In this document: one piece after another, positions 17,206-26,482 of the stretch
Layout: each line of letters starts with the position of its first letter
Numbering within the stretch: the stretch's first letter is position 1
DNA from: Candidatus Pacearchaeota archaeon
GTDB taxonomy: Archaea; Nanobdellota; Nanobdellia; Pacearchaeales; GW2011-AR1
Length of the DNA: 64,000 bases
Direction: 5' to 3'
NCBI GenBank assembly: GCA_017609405.1
Contig: JAFCDZ010000001.1
Location: forward strand, 98,561-162,560
Made by a program: the position numbers and the translations under genes
Notes under the pieces: generated by a model
Told to the model about the DNA's origin: nothing
Seen by the model: only the letters and a program-made list of their open reading frames with translations
Databases searched by the model: none

Positions 17206-18020
17206 AAATTATTAAGATAAAGAAAAATAAATATAATGTAGCTAATCAAAAAAACAGGAGTAAAGCAAACCCCTTGCCTAATTAAAACTTCCTTCTTATG
17301 TTTTTTGAATAATTCTATATCTTTTTTATCAAGCCCATGCCATGTTGCACGAATAACCTTTCCACCAACAACCACATCATGAACAAGCCAATCGCCCTCC
17401 ATTAATTCATTTGGACTAACATATTTTTGCATAAATTGTGAATCAATAATCAAGGTAAGAATATAAAAGATATATAATATAAAGATAAGAACAAAAAAGA
17501 AAGTATTGAAAAAAAGAGAAACAAGAGAAACAACAAAGAAAAGAACAAAAAAGAAAAAATAAACTTTATTAGAGAGATAATTTAAAAAAGAGGAAAAAAC
17601 TTTTTTTGGATGTAGAAGTGTGAAAAAAACAACAGCCAAGAGACTAAACAGACTTCCAACTACAAAAAATAACACCACAAAAATTAACATTGGCTTAATA
17701 TTTAAGGAAAAATTATTATAAATCGGCAAAATTGCTCCAAGAGAAATAAATAATTTAGCATCGCCTGCTGCAAAAGTATGAATGTAATAAAGAACAATTC
17801 CAAGAACAAAAAAAATCCCAAGCCAGATTATTCCTTGATAAAAATAAGAAAAATCATGATAAAACAAAGAATAAAAAAAGCGTGTTGAAAGTCCAAAAAG
17901 AGCAAGTGAAAAATTCAGCCAATCAGGAACTTCAGTAGTTCTAAGGTCATGAACAACAGCAAATAAAATCCAAACAAAACCAATGAGGAATAATACAATA
18001 AATAGCTCTATCATAAACAA
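17190..18020 (-). CDS. archaeal prepilin/preflagellin peptidase (A24 family, PibD/FlaK-like)
   Basis: Both catalytic Asp motifs are present: VHDLRTTEVPDWLN and FAAGDAKLF. Polytopic, with an extra soluble C-terminal-proximal domain. Confidence 0.8.
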   Translation of the reverse strand: MFMIELFIVLFLIGFVWILFAVVHDLRTTEVPDWLNFSLALFGLSTRFFYSLFYHDFSYFYQGIIWLGIFFVLGIVLYYIHTFAAGDAKLFISLGAILPIYNNFSLNIKPMLIFVVLFFVVGSLFSLLAVVFFTLLHPKKVFSSFLNYLSNKVYFFFFVLFFVVSLVSLFFNTFFFVLIFILYIFYILTLIIDSQFMQKYVSPNELMEGDWLVHDVVVGGKVIRATWHGLDKKDIELFKKHKKEVLIRQGVCFTPVFLISYIIFIFLYLNNFYGIL

Positions 18021-18232
18021 AATAAAAACAGTTTTTTTATAAAACTATTGTTTCTTAATTCTTTATAGAAAAAGTTTGTTTCAAACTCAAGAGGGGTTAA
18101 CTTAAAATACTCTATCAAAACAACAATTACTTATTTTTTAGTTATGCTAAATAAAACCCTTCTTCAAACCAACACACATAAAATATTTTATTATTAACCT
18201 ATAACTTAGAATAAAAAATGAAAAATTCATGG

Positions 18233-18352
18233 CTATTGTTTCTTAGATAATTTAACTGTTCTATATTTCCCCCCTCTCTTATAAGGGTGTTTTTTCTTTT
18301 CCTTAAATTTATCTTTCCTCTTATTTCTTCTCTCAGCATATCCTGAAGGCAT
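18233..18352 (-). CDS. possible small, very basic protein (39 aa)
   Basis: Own translation: MPSGYAERRNKRKDKFKEKKKHPYKRGGKYRTVKLSKKQ, 24 nt downstream of the nth-like gene. No family recognised. Confidence 0.25.
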   Translation of the reverse strand: MPSGYAERRNKRKDKFKEKKKHPYKRGGKYRTVKLSKKQ

Positions 18353-18376
18353 AAATAATAAAATGAAAGGAGATTT

Positions 18377-18994
18377 TTAAATCTTATTTATCTTTCTTAG
18401 AAGCTCGTCTTCTTTTTTTGAATTACCAAAAGCCTGACCAAACCTAACTAAAACATAATTTATCTCTCTCCAATACCTCTTTGGAAACAATAATTTTAAA
18501 TCCTCCTCTATCTCTCCATTTTTATTAGTTTTATGTTTTGTCCAGCCTAATTTTTGAGAAATCCTTGCTACATGTGTATCAACACCAATAGTATTTTTAG
18601 ATTCTGCAACAGCAAGATAAACATTTGCAGTCTTCCTACCAACACCAGGAAGCTTAATCAACTCATTAAAATCTGAGGGTATTTTCTTATTTCTCAATAA
18701 TTTAGCAACATCTAAAATTCTTTTTGCCTTTGTTTTATAAAAATTAATTGGTTTTATAATTTTTTCAAGCTCTTCCAAGGAAGCTTTTGATAGCTCACTC
18801 AAAGACTTATATTTAGAAAAAAGTTTTTCGCAGACAGGGATTGTTTTAGAATCCCTTGACCTTGCAGATAAAATTGTAGCAATTAAAACTTGCCATTTCT
18901 TTTTCCACTCAGCAGCAAGCCTTATTTTCGGAGCATGTTTTTTCAAAAACAAAAACTGCTTTATTGCTCTTTGCCTCTTTTTATCAAAACCCAT
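18377..18994 (-). CDS. endonuclease III-like HhH-GPD DNA glycosylase without Fe-S cluster cysteines
   Basis: LPGVGRKTANVYL hairpin-helix-hairpin and VDTHV motifs. No C-terminal Cys-x6-Cys-x2-Cys-x5-Cys. Start set at MGFDKKRQ. Confidence 0.75.
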   Translation of the reverse strand: MGFDKKRQRAIKQFLFLKKHAPKIRLAAEWKKKWQVLIATILSARSRDSKTIPVCEKLFSKYKSLSELSKASLEELEKIIKPINFYKTKAKRILDVAKLLRNKKIPSDFNELIKLPGVGRKTANVYLAVAESKNTIGVDTHVARISQKLGWTKHKTNKNGEIEEDLKLLFPKRYWREINYVLVRFGQAFGNSKKEDELLRKINKI

Positions 18995-19068
18995 AAAAAC
19001 AAAAAACAAGGAGGATATTTAAAAGTTAGTTATTAAAAGAGTTAATGAATCTAGATTATAAAAGATAA

Positions 19069-19668
19069 TCAAGCTATTGTGCTATTAAATAGTGAAATAA
19101 GAGCATCAGCATTAAAGTTTGCACCATTATCCTGAACAAAACTCATAGTATTAGTATAATCAATTAAGTAATCACTACAGTCCTTTCCCTCAATATTAGG
19201 ATCATTGCTCTCATTAAAGGAAATCCAACATTTACAAGGAACCTTATTAATAAAAATCCTTTCTTTATCTCCTGGCTGAACTTGACAAAATTGCCTAAAT
19301 GCAATTATTTGTTTGTCAAAAGCACACTTCCCATCTTTCAACTTTTGTTCAATTAAATCCTTGCTTGGAACATCAACCGGATATTTTTTAACTAAATAAT
19401 CACAAGTTCCGAATTTTTTTGCTCCTCGAACATCTAAAGACCTTGTTTCATAACAATAACTTGCAACAAGACCTCCTGAAGCAGCAAGCTCACATCCTTG
19501 AGACAAAGCTTCTAAATTTCCTGGAAGTGCTTCTTGAACATTTGATGCTCCTTTTAAAAATTTCCAACCAATCCAAGCAGCAAGAAGAATAGCAAGAATA
19601 ACAATAACCCACATACCAACATTACCACTCATACTTGCCTGTCCTTTTTTTGACCTCTTTTTTATCAT
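19069..19668 (-). CDS. pilin-like protein (class III signal peptide)
   Basis: MIKKRSKKGQASMSGNVGMWVIVILAILLAAW closely resembles euryarchaeal KGQAAMEFLMTYGWAIL prepilin N-termini. The mature part contains several Cys. Confidence 0.6.
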   Translation of the reverse strand: MIKKRSKKGQASMSGNVGMWVIVILAILLAAWIGWKFLKGASNVQEALPGNLEALSQGCELAASGGLVASYCYETRSLDVRGAKKFGTCDYLVKKYPVDVPSKDLIEQKLKDGKCAFDKQIIAFRQFCQVQPGDKERIFINKVPCKCWISFNESNDPNIEGKDCSDYLIDYTNTMSFVQDNGANFNADALISLFNSTIA

Positions 19669-19702
19669 AAATTATAAAAAAAAATGTTATTTATAAACTT
19701 TT

Positions 19703-20560
19703 CTAATTCTTTTTCTCATCAAAAAGAAAGTTAAAAACAATTTTACTCGGAGCATAATTTCTAAAATTCCCATTAGTATCATAGTTCCCAAATAAATAAG
19801 CTCTCTTAGAAACAAGGGTAATATGATAAACAACTTTATCCTCATATTCAACAAATCTCTTATACCTAACATCAAAAAAAGATTGCTTGTTCTTTAAGCA
19901 ACTGACAAACAAATCATGATTTTCAGCAACATAGCAAGAATTAATAATTTCTGAAAGATTTTTAGGATATATTAAATTCAAATCATCCCAAGAAACAGAA
20001 ACAACAATATCTGAAGAATAATTAATCTCTTTTATATCTGTTTTGAAAAGCCTCTCAAAAGAGTTCTTACAAATAGAAAAGTTAAAATTTCTAACAATAA
20101 GAGAAACTTTTTTTGAATCAACAAACAATTTAAAATTTCCTTCTTTAATCTCTTTATGAATCTCAAAAAGATAATAAGGGTCTAAAGAAGAGGGGGCGAT
20201 ATCATTATTTTTATTAATAATTCTTGTAGCAAGAAAATCTGCAAAAGTTTGATTAAACAAATCCTTTGTTTCCCCTACATAAAATAGGGGTTCAAGAGAT
20301 TTTTTATTTTTAATAAAAGAACCTTTTTCAAGGTTATATTGGTATTCTTCTAAAACAGAAAAATATAATAAATCATAAAGATAATCTTCAACTTCATATT
20401 TTTGAGAATAAAGAACATCTTGGATAATAAAACCATTTAATTTAGAATATGCTTTTTCTGAAGAAAGATAAAAAGAAAATAAAGAAGCAAAAAGAGCAGA
20501 AGCTACAAGAATAACTAAAAACATTATTGAAATAGGTTTGTTCCCCTTTTTTTTACTCAT
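19703..20560 (-). CDS. pilin-like/minor pilin candidate
   Basis: N-terminus MSKKKGNKPISIMFLVILVASALF (KG followed by a hydrophobic helix). It overlaps the upstream gene by 4 nt. Confidence 0.5.
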   Translation of the reverse strand: MSKKKGNKPISIMFLVILVASALFASLFSFYLSSEKAYSKLNGFIIQDVLYSQKYEVEDYLYDLLYFSVLEEYQYNLEKGSFIKNKKSLEPLFYVGETKDLFNQTFADFLATRIINKNNDIAPSSLDPYYLFEIHKEIKEGNFKLFVDSKKVSLIVRNFNFSICKNSFERLFKTDIKEINYSSDIVVSVSWDDLNLIYPKNLSEIINSCYVAENHDLFVSCLKNKQSFFDVRYKRFVEYEDKVVYHITLVSKRAYLFGNYDTNGNFRNYAPSKIVFNFLFDEKKN

Positions 20561-21324
20561 TCAAACCTCCAGACCCTTAACTCAATAAAAGGTCTATGAT
20601 TTTTTATATAAAATTTCTTATGAAAAAAATCTGAATATGAATTATAGGAAGAAACATCTACATAATCAGGATTTTGACTTAAAAGAAAAATAACTTTTTT
20701 ATTTCTTGAAAGATATAAATCAAAAAAAGAAGAAAAAACAGAAACTCTTCTTGAAAAACCTGAAAGAGCAAACTTAGAAGATTCTTGTAAAAAACCATAA
20801 TAAATCATTAATTGTTTCCATAGTTTTATATCCGAAATCTTATCTGAACAAAACACTCTAGCAAAAAGAGTATTTTCCTTATCTTTAGATTTCAATAAAA
20901 AATTATCAAGATAATCTTTCCTTAAACCAACATCTAAATAAAAAAATTCCTTAAGGGATTCTAGATTTTTCTTATTAAAAAGAAAATCTAAAAAATTAGT
21001 ATTGATATATGGAATAAAACCAAAATAATAAGCCTCCCATAAAGAGATTTTTAAATCATCAGTATCTGAAAAAGGACAAAAAAGATTCTTCTTTTCAACA
21101 ACAAGACTATCTAAAAAGTAATAACCTTCAATTCTTCCAATAGGTGTGGTAATATTTTGAGCAAGAGAACCATAAGGATTTCCTCTTTCAACAGAAAAAA
21201 TCTTAACCCCAATACCTGCAAGAGAAAAAGATACTCCAATGTAAATAACTATCAAAAGAAATAAAAAAGGAACTGCTACCATCCAATCTAACAAAGAACC
21301 CATCTCTCCTTTTTTATGAATCAT
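20557..21324 (-). CDS. pilin-like/minor pilin candidate
   Basis: MIHKKGEMGSLLDWMVAVPFLFLLIVIYI. Start chosen at the internal Met that gives a class III-like signal. Confidence 0.5.
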   Translation of the reverse strand: MIHKKGEMGSLLDWMVAVPFLFLLIVIYIGVSFSLAGIGVKIFSVERGNPYGSLAQNITTPIGRIEGYYFLDSLVVEKKNLFCPFSDTDDLKISLWEAYYFGFIPYINTNFLDFLFNKKNLESLKEFFYLDVGLRKDYLDNFLLKSKDKENTLFARVFCSDKISDIKLWKQLMIYYGFLQESSKFALSGFSRRVSVFSSFFDLYLSRNKKVIFLLSQNPDYVDVSSYNSYSDFFHKKFYIKNHRPFIELRVWRFE

Positions 21325-21811
21325 TTTTAATCCCAATCATTAATTTAATTAATGATTTATTATTGTGTTTAGGTGGATAAAAAACATCTACACTCTCATT
21401 TAAACAAAGAGGATATTTTTTAGAAATTTCAATATCTTCCCTCAAATAAAGCCTACAAGGATTATATAATTCTTTCAAACCATACTCACGAAATAAGACC
21501 CTGCTTCCAGACTCATCAAAAATTTCCAAACGAACATAAGATTTTTTTAAAAAACCTTTATCTAAATTACAAAAATCAAACAAATCAAAATCCTTACTAA
21601 CTACACCCTCCCTAAGATTAGCTCTATAAACAAGACAATTAAAGACCCTTTCTAAAAAAATATTAGCCTCTTTCTCACGAATATCAAAATCTCTTGAAAA
21701 AAATAGAGAAGTTGTTAAAGCAACAGTTACTGCTACAACAACAAGTACAATTACCCAAAAAAATACTGAAGGAGTAAATCCCCCTCTCTTTGAATAACCT
21801 TTATTTCTCAT
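21314..21811 (-). CDS. pilin-like/minor pilin candidate
   Basis: MRNKGYSKRGGFTPSVFFWVIVLVVVAVTVAL. Overlaps both neighbours. Confidence 0.5.
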   Translation of the reverse strand: MRNKGYSKRGGFTPSVFFWVIVLVVVAVTVALTTSLFFSRDFDIREKEANIFLERVFNCLVYRANLREGVVSKDFDLFDFCNLDKGFLKKSYVRLEIFDESGSRVLFREYGLKELYNPCRLYLREDIEISKKYPLCLNESVDVFYPPKHNNKSLIKLMIGIKNDS

Positions 21812-22193
21812 TTATCTTCAATATAACCTCCTTTCTCACATTATTAAAATATAAACTAACATTATAATTTGTAAAAAAAGGAATTTTAGAATTAACCTCC
21901 CCAAATACAAGAACAATTTCGTTCTTGTCATTATCTACCTTCAATATATTTTCTGGAAGAATATTTTTTTTATCAGAGATATCAAAAAAGGTTCTTCCAT
22001 CAAGAACAATTGTCTCATTTGGATAAGCATTATCAATAAGCAAAGCAATTTCTTTTGAAAAAGATTTTAAGTAAAAAAAATCCCTATCTGAATTCTTAGA
22101 TATAACTAAATAAAGAGAACTAACAAAAATCAGAGTTAAGATTAGAAAGACAATATTATCCCAAACAATCTCTCCTCTTTTTTTCATAAACAT
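21801..22193 (-). CDS. pilin-like/minor pilin candidate
   Basis: MFMKKRGEIVWDNIVFLILTLIFVSSLYL (RG followed by a hydrophobic helix). Confidence 0.5.
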   Translation of the reverse strand: MFMKKRGEIVWDNIVFLILTLIFVSSLYLVISKNSDRDFFYLKSFSKEIALLIDNAYPNETIVLDGRTFFDISDKKNILPENILKVDNDKNEIVLVFGEVNSKIPFFTNYNVSLYFNNVRKEVILKINEK

Positions 22194-22521
22194 AATAAAA
22201 ATAAATAGATTATAAATTTATCTAATAAAAGCCCTATTAAAAGCTTCTTAGAATAATAAAAATATACTAAAGTATTTTTTAGTAATTAAGGATATTCACC
22301 TTTGATAAAAACCAAGAAGAGTTAATGAAATAACCGGACAATTTTTGTAGGGTCAGGTTTAGCTTAGAAAGTTTTATTCAACAGTTTTAAAGCATTGTTT
22401 AATAACAAGATTCCCTATTATATTCAAGCTAACTATCTTATTTAATTAAACAGAAAATGTTGAATTCTGCTTATAAGAATTTTCTATTAACTTTTCTTAG
22501 ATAAGACCTTTTAAATAAAAC

Positions 22522-24102
22522 CTAATAGAATAAAATCCTTTTTTGGAGAAAATCTTCTGGACAAGCAAATTTATCATCTCCTTCCCCCCAATTTGCATTA
22601 GAGAAGCATTCTGCAGACCAGATACCCCTATCATCCTTTGAAAGTGCTATCCTCTGAACCCCCCAAAGAAAATCAACCTCGCTTATTTTATCTAAATTAT
22701 CTTTAAAACACCAACAATCTTTGCCACACTCACCACCTGAATCAGAATAACAAAACCTATCATAGAATCTATAACACTTCTTAAAACCATTGCCATCAAA
22801 ATTACACCAATATTCGGAATGAGAAGTAGGTGTAAATGCTAAACGACAATCTTCATTAAAAGAGATTGAATTAACTCCTCTTGGAAGAAGACCATCAACC
22901 CACTCCTTACCATAAATAAAAAGATGTTTATAACAATTAATGCAAGAAAGAACTGTATTAGCCCCCTTACTTTCAGAATAATCAAACTGAATATAACGAG
23001 GATTATCTAAATAAATTTTACTAACCAAAGAATTATCTATAGAAACCTTATAACCTCCATAGTATGTTGTGTAATAAACAGTAACAAATGGTGAGGGTGA
23101 ATATGGATCAGAAGATTCTTGGACGTAATTAATGAGAAAATAGCGAACAAAATCATCAAATGAAGAAAAAGGTCCCTCTTCCAACCAAAGCACAGAACCC
23201 CAATTTCTCTTAATTGCCCTCCTACCTAAAAAATCCCAAGCAAAAAAAGAATCTTCTTTTTTTGAAAATTTAGAAGGGTTTTTATATACATAACATTCTT
23301 TAGTCAAACAAGGATGAAGGCCATTAGTATAATAAGAGCCACAACGAGGTAATATAGAGCTATTAAATCTAACAAGATATCCTGTATTAGTTCTAATTGA
23401 AATAATCGGATTTATTTCCAAAGCTCTCAATAAAATATCCTCCTGAATTTTCTTTAAATCATCAGCATCAAATCTTTTTCCATTTTTACAAAAATAATAT
23501 TCTCCTTCTCCTTTTGAGATTATTCTTGAATTGTTTAAATTAAATAAAAAGAAAAAACGGCTTTCAAGAGGAAAATAAAAAAAGCGATTACGAAAAACCC
23601 AATCATAATTTGGAAGATGAAAATCGTTAATTAAATGAAAAACACCATTATCATCAACACTACCCAAATAAATCATATCATCAGGAAAATGTTCTTTTTT
23701 TTGAATGTCTTTTGGAACCTTAAAATAAAGATCATAAATTCCAGAATCTTCTGAAGATTTTAAAACAAGAAAAGGGTTGTCGTCAGTCTTAGAACAAGAG
23801 TCATCCAAACAAATAATAAGAGGTCTTTCTTTTCTCAATACAGGAATGGGAAAAGCAAGAATCCAACGGAATTCAACATTCCTTGCAGGTTTAGAAATTT
23901 TAGCAACAAGAAAACCACAGCTTCCTTCTTGATGAACAGAATCTCTTAAACCATTGCTTGGAATTCCTGCTAAAGGATTTGGAAGAATGCTATCAAAGAA
24001 TCCCCAAGCATTAAAAAACCCTAAAATAACTGCTACAATAAGTATAACAATAAGAGCCATAATAAATTTTCCAATAGTTTCCTGCATTAAACCTCTTTTC
24101 AT
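22522..24102 (-). CDS. large pilin-like protein (526 aa) with Cys/Trp-rich C-terminal region, possible tip adhesin
   Basis: MKRGLMQETIGKFIMALIVILIVAVILGF class III-like N-terminus. The C-terminal third is rich in C, W and Y. It has an ATGA overlap with the 49-aa ORF upstream. Confidence 0.55.
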   Translation of the reverse strand: MKRGLMQETIGKFIMALIVILIVAVILGFFNAWGFFDSILPNPLAGIPSNGLRDSVHQEGSCGFLVAKISKPARNVEFRWILAFPIPVLRKERPLIICLDDSCSKTDDNPFLVLKSSEDSGIYDLYFKVPKDIQKKEHFPDDMIYLGSVDDNGVFHLINDFHLPNYDWVFRNRFFYFPLESRFFFLFNLNNSRIISKGEGEYYFCKNGKRFDADDLKKIQEDILLRALEINPIISIRTNTGYLVRFNSSILPRCGSYYTNGLHPCLTKECYVYKNPSKFSKKEDSFFAWDFLGRRAIKRNWGSVLWLEEGPFSSFDDFVRYFLINYVQESSDPYSPSPFVTVYYTTYYGGYKVSIDNSLVSKIYLDNPRYIQFDYSESKGANTVLSCINCYKHLFIYGKEWVDGLLPRGVNSISFNEDCRLAFTPTSHSEYWCNFDGNGFKKCYRFYDRFCYSDSGGECGKDCWCFKDNLDKISEVDFLWGVQRIALSKDDRGIWSAECFSNANWGEGDDKFACPEDFLQKRILFY

Positions 24103-24248
24103 GCTCCACCATAAAGAATTTTATATTTGATAAACCTAACAAGAACTGCTAATTTGCCAGAGAGTAAAAAATAAAGGAACCCTGCAACAAAAATCAAAAT
24201 AAGACCTAATATAACTGCTTTCACAAATTGCTCCATACCTCTTTTCAT
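24099..24248 (-). CDS. mini-pilin-like ORF (49 aa, not in the track)
   Basis: Own translation: MKRGMEQFVKAVILGLILIFVAGFLYFLLSGKLAVLVRFIKYKILYGGA. Class III-like MKRG start. Lies between the platform gene and the 526-aa pilin-like gene, with stop/start overlap. Confidence 0.5.
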   Translation of the reverse strand: MKRGMEQFVKAVILGLILIFVAGFLYFLLSGKLAVLVRFIKYKILYGGA

Positions 24249-24302
24249 AAAAATAATTATAAATGAAACTTTAATAAGTTTATGGATAATTCAAAAAGGT
24301 TT

Positions 24303-26459
24303 CTAAGCCCCAAAACCTTGTAATACCAACCTTGTTAAAAAGTACAAAGCAATTATTCCAACCAAAGAAATAAAGAAGTAAAAAGAAATTCCATATTTTA
24401 AATTTTGAGCAGATTGGTGGGTTCTTTCAAGTTTATCCTCACCAGAATCAATAGCTACAAGAGTCCTTGTCAAAATCAAAATAACCTCAATAACATAAAC
24501 CCCTATGCTTATCTGCAAAAAATAAGGTGGAATCATTTTTGAAAAATCTCCAAGAACAGATAAGAGATTTGAAAAATTACCAAAAGAAGAAAGACCCTCA
24601 CCAATAGCAAGCATATCACTTATTTTTGAAATAATTGTAGTTATCATAACAGATAAACTAACAACAATTGCTGTTAAAAAAGGAGTCATAAAAACAATAT
24701 TGGATTTCATATCAGAGATAACTTCTGCTAAAAGGTCCTTCAACCTAAGGTTTATCTTTTGAAGATTTTGTATATATTCTGAGATAGAAATCATACTAAT
24801 TGCAGCAATTTTCAAACCTTTTTTTATTGACTCAACAAAAATTTTCATACTAATTGAAACCAAATCTGAGGGAAAATTAATAATTGCACCAACTTTTGGA
24901 TCAAAAATAGCTCTCTCAACTGAAAGCCCGTTTCTTTGAATATTATAATTAACCTGATAAAAGAAATTAGATGTTTTCTGTCCTTTTGTAACCTCTGCAA
25001 CTCTAGAAAAAACTATTTCAGGAGGGATTCCCTCTCCTAAACGATTTCCAAGCTGAAAAAGGGAAGAACTAAACTCTTCTTCTAATTCTTTTGTCTGATT
25101 TCTATACTTAATTAAATCTTTAGTTTTCATTGAAAAAGAAATAGAAAAAAACAGAGCAATAGATAAAGGAACAAATAAACTTAAGATTACAGCAAAAAGA
25201 CCAAAAGGGCCATTATTATTTCTAAAATCAAAAAGCATCTCCTTCTCACCAAAAAAAGACAAACCAAGCTCGCCAAAACTATAATCTTCTTTTAACCCAA
25301 CAAGAGATGGAAAAGAGGTGTAATGAAATATTAATGGCAAAAACCCAATTAATAAAAGAGGAAGCACAATTAGAAAAGAAATAAAATAGGGTTTTTTACT
25401 TCGGTATTTTGGATAATAAGGGTTTAATTCTAAAAGAGAAGTTTCACCATACCCTCCAGGACGGGACAATAAAATTTTATCACTAAAATACAAAACTGCA
25501 AAAGGGACTATTAAATTAAATAAAAAAAATAAATGATACCATCTAAAGATATCACTCAAAAAAGTAGAAACAATCGGAAGCATTGAAAGGGTAAGGGTTG
25601 GTAGAACAACACCAAACATATAAGTATTTGTAATTGGCCCTCTAACCTCTCTACTAAATACAAGCATTTTATTATAAACCCCATCTAAAACAACCTGAAG
25701 AGCTTTTTCTAATGCTGCTGTTTTTTGAGAGTTGCTTGTCTGAAACAAACTTGACTCAATTAAATGAAAAGCTTCTATAACCTCTGGAAAATAATCTCTC
25801 CATAATTCAAGATAACTCAAAAGGCTATCAGAGATATTTGAGTATTTCCCTATCTCAACATCATAAATAATCTTCTTAAAATCAATTGCAAGAGGTGGCT
25901 GAAGATTCTCTGCTGCAAAAGCAATTGCTTTCTCGAGATTAGAAGTATGTCTCATATAAATTACCGTGTACAAAATAGCAGGAACCATCTGGCTTGACGC
26001 TTTCAATCTCCAAGAATTTGCAGCCCTTTCAGGGTATCCATACAAAAAATAAAAAATAAAAGAAGATAAAAGAACAAAAAACAAAAAAAATGAAAAAATC
26101 TGACCAATGGAAGCAAGGTCATAAATGAAGAAAATAACTGACAAAAGAGCACCTATAAAAAAAACAACAAAAAAAGAAAAAAACGCTAATGAAACAGCCT
26201 GCCAAGGCTCAATGTCTAAATGAGCAATATCAAGAAATTTTTGAATTTTTGCTTTTTCTTTCTCAGAAATCTTTAAATGAATGAAATTTCCAAATTTTTT
26301 ACAAAAAGATTCATATCTTGTATATCTTGGATACATCTCTTGCTTAAATTTCTTATAATCAGAACTATAATTAGACAAATCAATTGTAGATATTTCTCCT
26401 TTTATCTTATTCCCATATTTCTTTAATATATCCTTAACATTATCTGACGCCATAAGCAC
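24303..26459 (-). CDS. FlaJ/TadC/PilC-like type IV pilus platform membrane protein
   Basis: 718 aa and polytopic, with two cytoplasmic helical domains alternating with TM clusters. Directly downstream of the secretion ATPase. Confidence 0.8.
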   Translation of the reverse strand: MLMASDNVKDILKKYGNKIKGEISTIDLSNYSSDYKKFKQEMYPRYTRYESFCKKFGNFIHLKISEKEKAKIQKFLDIAHLDIEPWQAVSLAFFSFFVVFFIGALLSVIFFIYDLASIGQIFSFFLFFVLLSSFIFYFLYGYPERAANSWRLKASSQMVPAILYTVIYMRHTSNLEKAIAFAAENLQPPLAIDFKKIIYDVEIGKYSNISDSLLSYLELWRDYFPEVIEAFHLIESSLFQTSNSQKTAALEKALQVVLDGVYNKMLVFSREVRGPITNTYMFGVVLPTLTLSMLPIVSTFLSDIFRWYHLFFLFNLIVPFAVLYFSDKILLSRPGGYGETSLLELNPYYPKYRSKKPYFISFLIVLPLLLIGFLPLIFHYTSFPSLVGLKEDYSFGELGLSFFGEKEMLFDFRNNNGPFGLFAVILSLFVPLSIALFFSISFSMKTKDLIKYRNQTKELEEEFSSSLFQLGNRLGEGIPPEIVFSRVAEVTKGQKTSNFFYQVNYNIQRNGLSVERAIFDPKVGAIINFPSDLVSISMKIFVESIKKGLKIAAISMISISEYIQNLQKINLRLKDLLAEVISDMKSNIVFMTPFLTAIVVSLSVMITTIISKISDMLAIGEGLSSFGNFSNLLSVLGDFSKMIPPYFLQISIGVYVIEVILILTRTLVAIDSGEDKLERTHQSAQNLKYGISFYFFISLVGIIALYFLTRLVLQGFGA

Positions 26460-26482
26460 CTCTTTTACAATTATTTATTTTA

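Noticed and set aside
18233-18352. Assignment of the 39-aa basic ORF to a specific small ribosomal protein (L41e, S30e or L39e)
   Set aside because: The sequence does not match my recollection of any of those families. It is kept only as a low-confidence hypothetical ORF.
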